Source of the DNA: Psammoneis japonica
Taxonomy: Eukaryota
Direction of reading: 5' to 3'
DNA length: 64,000 bases
Assembly (NCBI GenBank): GCA_008632985.1
Contig: QPGO01000194.1
Span: 1 to 64,000 of the forward strand
Position numbers and translations under genes: made by a program. Below are positions 22,950-35,009 of the stretch, one piece after another. The notes beneath the pieces were generated by a model, which worked only from the letters and a program-made list of their open reading frames with translations, made no database searches and was not told the origin of the DNA. How positions within the stretch are numbered: the first letter of the stretch is position 1; each line of letters starts with the position of its first letter.

Positions 22950-24000
22950 ACACATGCCAGCATTCCACGCAGGAATTTGATTTTTTCCCATGCAACCATG
23001 GTCAACAGGACCCCATCCAATTGGCTGAGATGAAGTTGATGCTGGTTGAATTCAACCCTCAGCTTCACTTGCCCAATGCCCATCATTGCCTGGACATCCT
23101 TTGTTCTGACAAGATGCCTGCTCCTGAAGAACTTCTGGATGGATTTGCTCCTCAAGGCCTCAAGAGCAATGCCCCTCCATCATGAGATCATCATGACCTC
23201 ATCATCCCCAAGGCTGCACTGACCAAAGATCTCAAACAGATTGGACCGATTGTGGACAAAGCTCCTCTCTTTGTGGCTGCTCCTGAAGCTTCTCTGATTT
23301 GTCCAAACCATGCCAATCTTCAGAAGGCTGTGATCAAGGCAATTTCAGGTGGTCATGATGCCATGACAGTCTGTGTTGAGACTGTGTTTCTTTTCTTCTG
23401 TCCTGATTTCCAATCTTTTGCATGTTGGGACAATGTGTCTGATGCTCCACATCCAAAGTCATCTCACACCTCAAGTTCTGCACCTCCACTGGCTGCCGCT
23501 GCAGGTGCCACCCCTGAAGATCTGGCCAAGGCCTTGGCCACTCATTCGCCCAGTCTAAAAGAGCATGAGCAGACCATGACCAATGCGTTGAAGAAAGCTG
23601 CTCCTCCTCTGCCTTCTTCTGCACCTTCCACCACAACTGCTTTGACTTCAACAACTTTGACTGGTGCTCTGTGCACTTTCAATCCCAAAGACTCCCCAAG
23701 GATGCACTGGCTCATTGCAGTCAGGATGCTTCTGGCAACCATGATGGATGCACAAAAGCTGCTGTGATTGCCACTGCATCTGCAACCAATCTTTTGCATC
23801 CTCACAAGCTTGTGGCATCCAAGTTGGGTCCAGTTGCTGGGTCCACTGCATGCAACACTGACGCCACTGTTGCATCTCATGTTGCAGATGCACTCGCTGT
23901 GGACATTCAGATGGACCCCATGGATGCTAATTCCTTGAGTGTCAAGTCTGCTGTGTCTGTTGTGGAACATTTCAGCTGAGCCATCTGCAGATGTTGATGC
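22950..24000 (+). pseudogene. Heavily decayed ORF remnant of unknown, probably TE-derived, protein
   Basis: Protein-like helical stretches (ATPEDLAKALATHSPSLKEHEQ) in ORFs 23252-23767 and 23671-23979. No family recognised. Confidence 0.3.
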
Positions 24001-25265
24001 TGGATCCCTTGCAATCCTTGTCAATTGGCAGCACTCCCCGCCAGCGTCCATGCCTGCCTGCTCAAGACATCAAAGTTTTTTGTTTCTGGCCATTTCATTG
24101 TTCTGTGCAAAGATGGTCACACTCACCTCCAGGATGGGCTGCCCTCCATTGCCAAGGTTGCACCCAAGCTGCTTGCCACCTGCATGCCACCATCATCTGA
24201 TGCTTGCGGATGCCACCGGCACTCTGTTGGTTGTCAAGTTGATTCACATTTGGATTTTTTGTTTAGATCATTAGTTTTGGACACATGCTGCCACCATTCC
24301 TTCTGTTGTCCAAACAAGACCAACAGAAGCAGGGCAGCCATGAAAAAGGCCACAGAGTCTTGCTGACTTCTGCTGTCATGTCTCTTTCCTCCGTTGTCAG
24401 GACCATTGTTGCATTCATTTGCACTTTTCATGGCACTCTGGACCTGCCCACCATTGCCAATGATGATCCTTCATTTTGTGATCAAGGGAGAGAGCAATGT
24501 CATGCAGAGGAAGTGTGCAAGATTTACAATCACACCAGCTCTTCCAGTGTGTTGCCTCTTTCCTTTGGCGTCAAGACCATTGTGGTGTTGAGCAGTGTTT
24601 TTCCTGGCACTCCTGACCCATTGACCATCCCCAATGATGCCCCTGTGCTTTTTGATCAAAGGAGGGATTCCTGCAGCACAGAGGAAGCACACAAAGGCTT
24701 TTGAGAATTCAACCTTCAACCAAGACACCTTGCTTGACAATCACATTTTGAATGCTGTGCGATGCTCACCTGCAACACGTCACTGTTCTTCTGATGTTGA
24801 GTGAGCTTGTGATGCATTTTGTTTGTCCAGTGTGTTTTTCAGGGGCAACACAAAATGTGATGGAAGCACTGGCTTGTCAGGCAGGCTGCTGTTGCTTCAT
24901 TTTCACCGCATCATCTGTGCCATGGTGGATTTCCATTTTTGGCCCCATCTCTTGGTGGGGTGAGTTTTGGCGATGGCATGACTTGCCAGAATGTCCCATT
25001 GCGGTCAATTGTTTGTGGATTGATGAAATGATTCTGTGGTGCATGACTTAATTCTCCAGAAGATTTGTTGGGAACTGCCTTTGACATTTTTTGTTGAAGA
25101 CCGATGCCACTGACTGCAGGTTGGGTGCTTTGTTCCTGACACGCTTGTTGCTTGATGGGACGTCATTGTTGGTTGTTGTCATGGTTTGCGGGCCAAGTCT
25201 TTGCCATTCCTTTTGGCCCTTCTCTTTGTTCTGCCATTCTGGTCCTCTTTTTGCTTCAGCTGTTC

Positions 25266-25293
25266 TCTTTCTTTCTTTCTTTCTTTCTTTCTT
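25266..25293 (+). repeat. (TTTC)n microsatellite
   Basis: tctttctttctttctttctttctttctt. Confidence 0.85.
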
Positions 25294-28200
25294 GCCTCAC
25301 AGTTTTCTTTTTGTGGTGTGGAGCTGCACTCTTGGCACACAACTGAGCACACAAAGAGCACATTTTTGCACAATCATTTCGTTGTTGATGACCACTGCAC
25401 CCAAAAATTGCAAGCTCTGACAGGTGATGACAAAATCATCTGGCACTGAAATCTGTGCAGAAAGTCATGCACTGTGGTTTCTTTTTCACCTGGAACTGGA
25501 CAAGCCAGCTGGGGGGACAGCGCCACTGCACATCAGACAACTTGTTGGAACAGCCATTTGACACCCAGATCTCATCAGTTGACAGAGCTGTGCCACTCCT
25601 GTCAGCAAGTCTTATTGTGCCAGCATCACTTGAACTCAAAGAAACCTTGGCAGGGGAGAGCAAGGAGGGGCAGCAGAGTGAGTCAAAGTGAGCAATCCCA
25701 AAATGACATTTGTTCTGCTGCTGCACCATTCTTCTTGTTCACAAAGATGCACTCTGTTTCAACTGCTGTGGGGCCCTGGCAGTGGGCAGGACTTGCAGAT
25801 GTTGACTTTTTCTGTGACCAAAATGCACAGTGGAGAAACGGACAGGCACCTTTTCATCATCCATCCATCCACCAACCCAAAAGCCAGCCTCTTGAAAAAC
25901 AACATGTGAGATGAATGCTGTCTGGATGCACCACCCATGGCATGGTTGGTCATCAATGATCTGCGTTTGACATTTGGGAAACAATCTCAGCAGCTTGATT
26001 GGTTTGAAAAAGCATGCACTGTTCTGCAACCCCTCTTCTGGCTCTCGGCCTTTTTGGCTGTTCAATGCCAAGCAAAGCAACAAGCAACTCATTCCTCAGT
26101 GTTTCACCGGCTCTTAACGTGTTGGTGTGAGCAAACAATTGCTTGCAACTGCCACACAAGATGCAAGGCAAGATCATTGTGCCAACAGAATGACAGCAGA
26201 AGCCTTCCTAAACAAGATTGTTTGACACACAAGGAAAAGAATGAACACAGTCATGAAAACAGAGAAAAGATTGGTTGGGTGTTGCCATGAGCAATCCCAG
26301 AAGATCAATGAACTTCTCCCTTGTGATTTCATTTTGTGGAGTGGCCTTGGGTCTGTTTTTGGACTCGCATCATTTTGCCTTTGGGGTTTTGCAATGCAAA
26401 GAGCCTCTGTCTGCTGTGCTGTGGGGATCTGTGGATCAGCCAGCACTTGCTGCAGCGTGGTGAGCACCAGAGCTTTTTGGGCTGGCTGGATTCATCATTG
26501 GATGGCTGTGCATTGTTCTTGATGCTGCCCTGGGAAGTTCTGAAGAAAACACACAACCCACTCCACCTGAAATGCTGATTTGCATTTTTCACTTTGCTGC
26601 ACAGCACTGGTCAAGTGGTGTGATGAGTTCTGCAGGCATGGATTGTAGTGTGATTTTGGTCATTGTGTCCATCTTGGAGGCAACAGGGTTTGCAGTTTTG
26701 GATGGGATGGTGGCAGGCTTTGTCACCAGCACCACAACTGCTGTTGGTGGTCCATTGATTGAGGTGGGGCTCTTGTCATTTTTTGGTGGACATGGTGGAT
26801 GCCAGGATTTGAACAAGACACAACCAGCTTCTTTCCTCTCTGAATTGTGCCCATCTGCTTTCTCAGCAGACCAACTGCAGGAAACATTGGAAGAAGCATT
26901 TGGAGCCAGTTGTCCATCAAGTCAGAAGCAATGGTTCCAAGAAGGACAACACACCTTGTCCCGCTTGCAATGACTCTTGGTGTGTGGGTTGTCCCAGCTC
27001 CAAACTGTGATGCAAAGGGCCACCACGTGCTGCTCATGGTTGCACCGTCAAGTGAAATTGCTGCAGCGGGCAAGGATTTGTGATTCATTGGAATGTGCCT
27101 TGCATGCCAGACTGATGAACACAGATGTTCTCAAGATCTTAAAGAAGACCAGTCAAGAGAAGCGCAGCATTGACTCTGTGCGGGCTTGGCATTTGGAAAA
27201 TGCAAATGAGATGGGCTCACCATGGATGTGGCATTGTGTTGAGTGCTGTCTGGGTGGACCAAAGGCAGGCACAACATGTTCATTGCCAAACACAACAATG
27301 GTTGTCAGAAAGCTGGAGCCAAAACACCAGACAAAAAGCCAGATGATGACCTGGCAATCTTGATGCATTCCAGCCCCAGGTGGATTTTGTGTTGCATGTG
27401 GGCTCACAAAATTCTGTGTGCCAGCTCCACAGCTCATGTGTTGAGCAACAAACACATGTGTCTTTGACATGTGAATGTGTGAATGAGTTTGTGTGGGCAA
27501 CTGGGCCTCTTGATGCTCAAAGTTTTTGATTGAAGCTGTGCCTGCCTCACACGATTTCCAAAACATTGGAGAATCGCACTGTGTGAAAAAAGGTCAAAAG
27601 TTGTTGAGTGGGTGGCCCAACAATTGCACTGCAAAATGACACAAGATGCCACCAAAGTGATGGTCCAATCTCACAGCCCAGCAGTGCAAGGTCCCACCCA
27701 GAGCTGGAGCACATGTCTCCAGCACATGGTTGGCAATGTGAGGCTTGTCATTTGCAGTGGTGTCAACACTCTCACAGGGTGCACCGGAGGTGTGGGCAGC
27801 TGGCGCGGTGTTGCTGGGCAAAGGTGCAACAGCACTTTAAATTGGGTTTGGCTTTTTTGTCTTTGATGTGACAACAGCTCCATGGGAAGAGTGAAGATCC
27901 ACTCCATGCCCACCAAAATGTTGGAACATGAAGAGCACACACGTCTGGAAAGCAATGGCGGACAGTGGGTCCAGACAGGGATCAACGGCCAAGGAAGATG
28001 ATGAGACAGATCCAGGGGAAAAGAGCACTGAGAATGATGCAACTGATGGAACTGTGGTCAGGAGTGAAAACAAGAACAATGAGAATGAGAGTGTTCTTGA
28101 TGGCGGGCAAAAGAATGAGCCAGAAGAGGAAATGAGCAGGGGGTCAAATCACACTCTGAGACAGCTGTCAACTCTGGCACCCATTAGATCATTCTGCATC

Positions 28201-28650
28201 TTTCAAGGGAGCTCTATGATTTTGAAAATCCAGACCCAAGGCACAGAAATGGCTGTTTCAACACAATCACTTAGAAACACCACAGCCATGGGAGAAGACA
28301 GAGTGGCATGAAGGCACCGGCATTACATCATGTACAAGTACCCAAGGCCCATGGCGACTGAAGATGGTGGAGGGCACGGGGCCAGCTGCGAGGTCCTCTC
28401 CTTGCTGGCTTACAGTCTTGGCTACAAGGACCACAGAGTGTCAATGACACATGTGATTGTTTTCGACCGCCGAGCTCCAACCTTGTTATCAGAAACTCAA
28501 TTCTCAGAAGAAATTCGAATAAGTCTTAGGTTCGAGTCGGCAGTACAAAAGCAGAAATCACTTTGTAAACGGCTCAGCTATAATACATTTTAAACATTAT
28601 GGAGCTACGTCTTTCTCGATTAATTGAGCAATCCATCATCTTGCGCATTT

Positions 28651-29334
28651 TTAAAAGGACACGGCGGTAATCTTGTAGCAGATCTTGGAGTTGTCTTCTG
28701 GTAGGTTGATGACGAGATCGCCGGTGAATGTTCCAGCCTGGCCCTTGGGATCACACTTAACGATAAACTGTGTTAGTTCTCCTCCACGACGATCCATTCT
28801 TCCAGTTGATGGGGAAACCGAGAGCGAAGGGTGCGAGTCGTTGCTAAAAGCAGCAAAGTAATCTTCAAACGTCATACACACCGGGGCAACGTCGAGAGTA
28901 ATCTCAGCTCCAGAAGAAGATGCAGCTACCTGCATCTGAACCTCTCCATCTGGGACGGAAGAAGGGATAAACTCCATGCCTTCGGGAATATCTTCTGCCT
29001 GCTCGATCCCGCCCATCATCACGGCGTCTTCTCCCAAGTTTTCCATTCCGGGAAGCTGTGGGCCGTCGCCACCCCCCATCTTTGCCTGGCTACCCAACAT
29101 TCCCTCCGAGAACGCAACCTCTTGATCTGGGTTGTAGCCTTCCGGCAGGTAATCGCCGGTGTCCGTGGAACCCATTTTCTCAGAATCCGGTTTCCAGGTG
29201 TTGCCGCCAAGAAACACATTTGGGTCGCTTCCAACCGCCAGGGACGAGCTCTTGCGGACAAAGGCGGTCGAAGGGGTGAACGAAAGGGCTGCAGGTGCAG
29301 CACATAGAGCAAAGAAAGCAGCAGATAACTTCAT
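28651..29334 (-). CDS. Plastid-targeted protein of unknown function (227 aa)
   Basis: Single ORF. MKLSAAFFALCAAPAALS-FTP is a signal peptide plus ASAFAP-type cleavage motif, followed by an acidic middle and a beta-rich C-terminal domain (SVSPSTGRMDRRGG). Confidence 0.8.
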   Translation of the reverse strand: MKLSAAFFALCAAPAALSFTPSTAFVRKSSSLAVGSDPNVFLGGNTWKPDSEKMGSTDTGDYLPEGYNPDQEVAFSEGMLGSQAKMGGGDGPQLPGMENLGEDAVMMGGIEQAEDIPEGMEFIPSSVPDGEVQMQVAASSSGAEITLDVAPVCMTFEDYFAAFSNDSHPSLSVSPSTGRMDRRGGELTQFIVKCDPKGQAGTFTGDLVINLPEDNSKICYKITAVSF

Positions 29335-29749
29335 GTTGATTCGGTGACAATAAGCAGAGGATGCTACTCGTAGGTATGCCTGCTGGTCGGCGAGAATAGA
29401 ACAACAACATCGACATCGCGAGACACGACGAAGGTGGCTGACGCACGATCCTTGCGCAAAAAGCAAGATCTCTTCTGATTGCTTTTTCGCGCGCTTTTTG
29501 CTTTTGTGCGCGGATTCAATTCGCGCGGGAAAAATTGCGCGATTTGCCCGCTATCCGCCGTCCATCAGCATTCTGGATTCGGCATCATGATGTTCACCGC
29601 ACACGTCTCATTCATTCAATCAGGCAGTTCAATCAACTCTCATTCATCTGTCTTCCTCGTTCTTCCTGTGATATCTTCACTCCAGAGGACTTTGGTTGAA
29701 GCCGACTAGACCGCTTTCCAGGTAGTTGTTCGTTGAAAAAATCGATATC

Positions 29750-31511
29750 ATGCCGTCCTTCAAGGTTTCTTTGCTCGATTATGGCGCAGGAAATGTGAGG
29801 TCCGTGCGAAATGCGATTCTTGCAAATGGGTACGAGATTGAAGATATTACTAGCCCTGAACAGATTGATGCGGCCAAGGTGCTGGTTTTTCCGGGAGTCG
29901 GATCTTATGGTTCGGCAATGTCTGTGCTTAAGAAGGAAGGCTACGATGAACCTCTACGTCGGTACTTGGCAAACCATGATCGCCCCTTCTTAGGTATCTG
30001 CCTGGGCATGCAGACTCTGTTTGAGTCGTCAGAAGAATGCGAAGGCGGCGAAGTGATTCCTGGTTTGGGTGTGATCCCTGGGAAAGTCATCAAATTTGAC
30101 GAGAAGAAAATGACTGTTCCTCACATTGGTTGGAATGGACGGGTTCTTCATCAAGACAGTCCAGTTCTTCGTCACGTGACAGCAGATGAAGACGTTTACT
30201 TTGTCCACTCGTATTACGCCCCAATCACTGATAGCAACCGGGAGTGGGTCCTCACTAGCACCACTTACTCGGGACAACGTTTCATCAGTGCTATTCAGCG
30301 TGGGTCTGTTGTAGCTACGCAGTTTCACCCAGAGAAGAGTGGCGTGACTGGTCTTCACACTCTGAAAGGTTTTCTCGAGGTCAGTTGAATCGCTACCTAT
30401 TGTTTTTGTGTTTTGTCTTGGTCTTTTCTCATCTCGCTTCTTAACAAAATTCTGCTTCTTAGGCCATCGAAAATGGAACGCTTGCAAACACTAAAACCCT
30501 AAGTGTTGATCCCAATTCTCGCACACAACTCGTGAAACGTGTCGTGGTTGCTTTGGATGTCAGATCCAATGATCACGGCGATTTGGTGGTAACCAAGGGT
30601 GATCAATACGATGTTCGCGAGAACGAAAAAGAGGGAGTAGTGACTGGACGTGGTGGAGTCCGAAACTTGGGAAAGCCGGTATCCCTGGCAAGACGGTATT
30701 ACGAAGAGGGCGGCGACGAAATCGCGTTTCTCAACATTACTAGTTTCCGTCAAGGTGTCATTGATGATATGCCCATGCTTCAAGTTCTCGAACAAGCATC
30801 CCAGAACATTTTTGTTCCCCTCACGGTTGGCGGTGGTATCCGTAGTCACAAAGATGCTCAAACAGGGCAAGAGTATTCTGCACTCGAGGTAGCAGCTCGG
30901 TACTTTCGTGCTGGGGCTGACAAGGTAAGCATTGGCAGCGACGCTGTTTACGCCGCAGAGGCACTTGTGTCTGCTGGCGGAATCAAATCCGGTACGACAT
31001 CGATCGAGACAATATCAAAGGTGTATGGAGTTCAAGCGTAGTGGTTTCTATCGATCCAAAGAGAGTGTATGTCAGGTCCAAAGACGACTGTGATTCGAAG
31101 CACGTCATTGTAGATTTAGATAGCAGCCAGGCTGGTCCAAATGGCGAAACGCTCTGTTGGTATCAGTGCACAGTAAAGGGAGGGCGTGAAGCATGCGATA
31201 TTTGTGCAGTCACTCTGGCCAAAGCCGTTGAGCAGCTGGGTGCGGGCGAAATCATGTTGAACTGCATTGACATGGATGGCCAAGGCAATGGTTTTGATCA
31301 TGCCCTTTGTCGCGCCGTATCGGACGCCGTTTCTATTCCTGTTATTGCGAGTAGTGGCGCAGGAAAAGAGGAGCATTTTTCCGATGTGTTCAAAGAAACA
31401 GAGGTGCAAGCTGCGTTGGCTGCTGGCATGTTCCACAGGAAGGAAGTGGAAATTGAGGCGGTCAAGAAGCACATGATTGAGCAAGGTATCCCAACGAGGA
31501 GGTCAGCGTAG
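29750..31511 (+). CDS. HIS7: Bifunctional imidazole glycerol phosphate synthase (HisH glutaminase + HisF cyclase)
   Basis: [74 protein letters not shown]. Intron 30380-30462 keeps frame. One-base deletion at ~31038. Confidence 0.96.
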
Positions 31512-31557
31512 CTGGAGACACAGAAAAACAGTTCTACTCATAACGTCTTAGTCAAAG

Positions 31558-33208
31558 TTAAAATGCAAAACTTTCAAAAGATCTTCTGTAGGTCTGAGAG
31601 GAGTCGATGATGTCTCGGATAAAAGCGGGAGCTCTGTCGATATCGATGTTGGTACCATCAACAGAGAAGAACCCAAGCGTAGTCCGTTCAGAAATATGAT
31701 CTGGTACCGACATAGTCAAGTTAATGTTGTTTCTCACATCTAGTACCACCAGCGACTCTCCCTCGAGAAGATGCAAAGGAAATGATCCAGAACCACGTAA
31801 ATGTTGTTGCGTAGGTCAAGCTGGACCAATCGGGTCGCCATACTCAAAAAGTCAGAATCAATATCGGTTTCGAAGCGGTTTCCACCCAAGTAGATATATT
31901 CTAGAGATGTGATGTCGTTCAGAGAAGAAAGAGTGCCTGTCATTTTGTTTCCATCTAAAGCCAAAGTACGCAAGGATAAATGCCAATTCGGAATCGACCC
32001 TTGCAAGTCATTGTTCGACAATCCTAAAACATGAAGATGTTCCAACTCTTCCATCCAAAGTGGGAGAACACCCGATATATTATTGTCATTCAGGTTGAGA
32101 AACTCCAAATGATTCAAACTACGCAGCCATTCCGGAAAAGACCCTGATATTTTGTTGCTCTCCAAAGACAAGAAGTCAATGCCGGAGAGTAGACCAATCT
32201 CATCAGGAATCTCACCAGACAAGTTGTTTCCAGCTGGACAAGGACGAAATGGAAAACGCTTGTGAGGTGCATGGAACCGCCAAAGTCTCCAGCAAGCACC
32301 AATCTTGAATCTGTAGACTTACGAATAAAGATGTCTTCAACACGGAGATAACTGTCACACATCACACCAGCGGCGAAGTCGCCACCGGTTAGATCCGACT
32401 TGAGATCGAACCAAGCACACTCGTGCTCATCGCTTAGAAATTTCAAGTCAAAATCCCAGTTGTCGCCGTCTAGTGCAAAATAGAAAACAGCAAGCGCATA
32501 GCGTTGAATGAAATAATGGGCGTCTTCGAGTGAGACGCCAGCCTCGGGAATATCATAGCGTAGCGGGTCATCGTTCGATATCCACTGAGCTGCAGAATGC
32601 TGAGGGGTTCCGGGAGTAGCTAGAGCGGAAGCTGACGAGATGCCGTCGCTGAGAAATGAAATTGTTTGGTCAATACGATTCGGTTGTTTGTCCTCACTTT
32701 TACCAGAGTGGGATTCGGAATTGTTATCTGCGATGGTCAGCCAAACCGTGAGCACAGTCGCAAGCATCAGAACCAAGACAACACTGACCGCAATTATCCA
32801 ACGAACGCGTCCTCCTTTATTATAACGCATAGAATTCGTTCGTGGTGAGCTTTTCTCTTGAAATTCTCCATCCATAGATGAAGAATCTGACTTCGATTGC
32901 TTGTCGTCCATAAACTTGTTGGCCTCTGTGACATCCCAACTCGAGTTTTTCCATGATCGAATACTGCTATCTGAAGTCATTCTTTGTAGTTGTTGGACGG
33001 GTCTTGTTCTATTTCCTTCGACGTAATCACTATTTCCGAACTGACGAGATCTTCGAGGAATTCCCAATAGCGACGTAGCATGGGTTCGCACTTCAACATC
33101 TCTGTCTGACAAGAATCGGGAATTACTGGATCGGGGCGGGAGCGGCGGGAGATCCCCATCGTCAACGGTACTTCTGGGACGCACATTTTCGTTTTCTCTG
33201 GGATTCAT
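31558..33208 (-). CDS. Single-pass membrane leucine-rich-repeat protein (diatom-type LRR family)
   Basis: TM helix WIIAVSVVLVLMLATVLTVWL; cap motif PQHSAAQW...QRYALAVFYF...FLSDEHECAW; LxxLxLxxNxxsG repeats. Intron 32234-32322. One-base deletion at ~31799. Confidence 0.85.
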
Positions 33209-33507
33209 TGTGCTTGTTGCTAATCTTCCTTCAGAATAAGAATCCGCTGGACTGCAACGCACAAGAATAGTTCATAGTTTTGCAGCGCCGCACGAAAAAC
33301 CTCTATCCGGGAGCAACAGTCGCGTTTTCAGCCACTCGTGAGAATCCACGACTCGATGAACGCGGAAAGTGCACGAGTGAGATGTGAGGTGACAACATAA
33401 CCAATTCTATTCGGTATTTTTCTGCTTGGGAAGGAACGAGAACGCTTCGCTTTCGTTCTCCTGGTAGATCAACAACCCGCGATAGAGTAGATTCTACAAA
33501 GGAATAA

Positions 33508-34518
33508 TTATGCTTTTAGACCTCCACTCATGCCCCCGTCGACAACAAGATTTGTGGCAGTAGTATAGCTCGCCTCTTCACTAAGTAGAAAAGCAACGGA
33601 TTTGACGACTTCCTCAACAGATCCTAGACGTTTCATTGGTACACTAGATTTCATCAGAAACAACGATGAGTTAGATTCTGTCGAGATGGAGAAATCTTGC
33701 ACCAACCGAAACGCCTGTAAGAATACGCACCTATTTATCTTCCCCTTCGCCACCAAATCTGGGTCTGTAGCAAAATACGGGGAACCAGACTTGGCATGAA
33801 GCTCGTTCTGTCTAGTCCACATATACCCGGGCCCTATGAGGGCGGGACTGACAGCATTCACACGAATTCCGTATGGTGCCAAGTCCTGTGTGAAACCCAT
33901 GAAGCAATCATACAAGCCGCTTGAGAATTAGAAGGTTGCTGGAAATTTCACGCCCAAACGCAAGAAGTGTCCGGCTCTCACCTTTGCCGTACTAACTGTC
34001 ATGGCCAAAACAGCAGCCTTACTCGAACTGTATGCAACCATGGCTGGTGTTCCACGCAAGCCCGCTACACTAGCTGTATTAACAATGGAATACTTTCCCT
34101 CTTTCTTTGCCATGTGCTTGGCGACTGATTGAAGTACCGTGAACATTCCGGTCACATTGATGTTCATGACGGTGGCGAAATCAGCAGGATTATATTCAAG
34201 TGTTGGCTTTATTTCGCCTTGATAACCGGCATTGTTCCATAGAGCGTCGATTCCGCCAAGCTTTTCCACAACCGACGCAGTAGCTGCATCAACCGAAGAT
34301 GGATCAGTCACGTCGCAAACAAAGGTTTCAATGACCACATTCGATCCACATTCGGTTCGAACCAAGTCAGCTGTCTCGTTCAACGAGTCTTTGTTCATAT
34401 CCATCGCGGCAATCCGAGCGCCATGCTTTGCAAAGTATAGGCATCCTTCCCGGCCAAAATTTCCTGCCGCCCCGGTAATGACAATGTTCTTGTTCTCGAA
34501 TCGCTTCGACGGATTCAT
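33508..34518 (-). CDS. Short-chain dehydrogenase/reductase, xylitol-dehydrogenase-like
   Basis: TGAAGNFG, NNAGYQG, catalytic YSSSK, DLAPYGIRVNAVSP, MWTRQNELHAKSGSPYFATDP. Two introns. Confidence 0.88.
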
Positions 34519-35009
34519 TTTTGATACTCCTGCAGGTGATTCCTCTCCCTTTTCCGTGCCGTACCGTTTCTTCGTTCTAGCTTCTCGCAATTGGACGACT
34601 GCACCCGAAGCTCACAGTCGCACGGAAGCAGGCGAAAGACGACTTGCGGCGCTTGCAGGAGCGCAATTGCGATGTGGGGAAGCCAAATTTATTTTGAGTT
34701 TGTCGCGTTTTCGCGCCCAGCGACACTTGTGACGTCGCTGGCTCCCGGTTGGTCGGTCACAAGTCTATTTATCATTATTCATATACGAAACTTTTGTATG
34801 TACTCGATACAATTCTTTCATGCTCCTAAGTCTGGATGACGCAAGACTCAGAATATTGTAGCGATCGTGACACTTCACTTCAACCGACGCGGATAGGCAG
34901 GTGACACCCCATTCTTGATGTTCTTTGACAGCTGCCGCGATCTTTCTCGCAAAAAAGAAGAATATTGCAAACGATTGACACTCCAGAACAAACATCAACT
35001 AGCTAGACA

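Larger units (their letters stand above)
1..28320. repeat. Nested repeat/transposon block, strongly depleted in TpA and (outside the copia element) in CpG
   Basis: Multiple internal duplications. Hand count of 6 TA dinucleotides in 1-1500, all within TAA or TTA. Six-frame ORFs are Cys/His-rich and nearly Tyr-free. Normal TA usage resumes at ~28325. Confidence 0.9.

Noticed and set aside
1..28320. Hundreds of Cys/His-rich short ORFs as zinc-finger or metallothionein genes
   Set aside because: By-product of TA loss (fewer TAA/TAG stops) and TG/CA excess. They occur in all six frames without motif spacing.
1..28320. Classical fungal RIP or plain CpG decay as the whole explanation
   Set aside because: RIP raises TpA, and CpG decay cannot turn TAT into CAT or ATA into ATG. 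The copia keeps CpG while lacking TpA.
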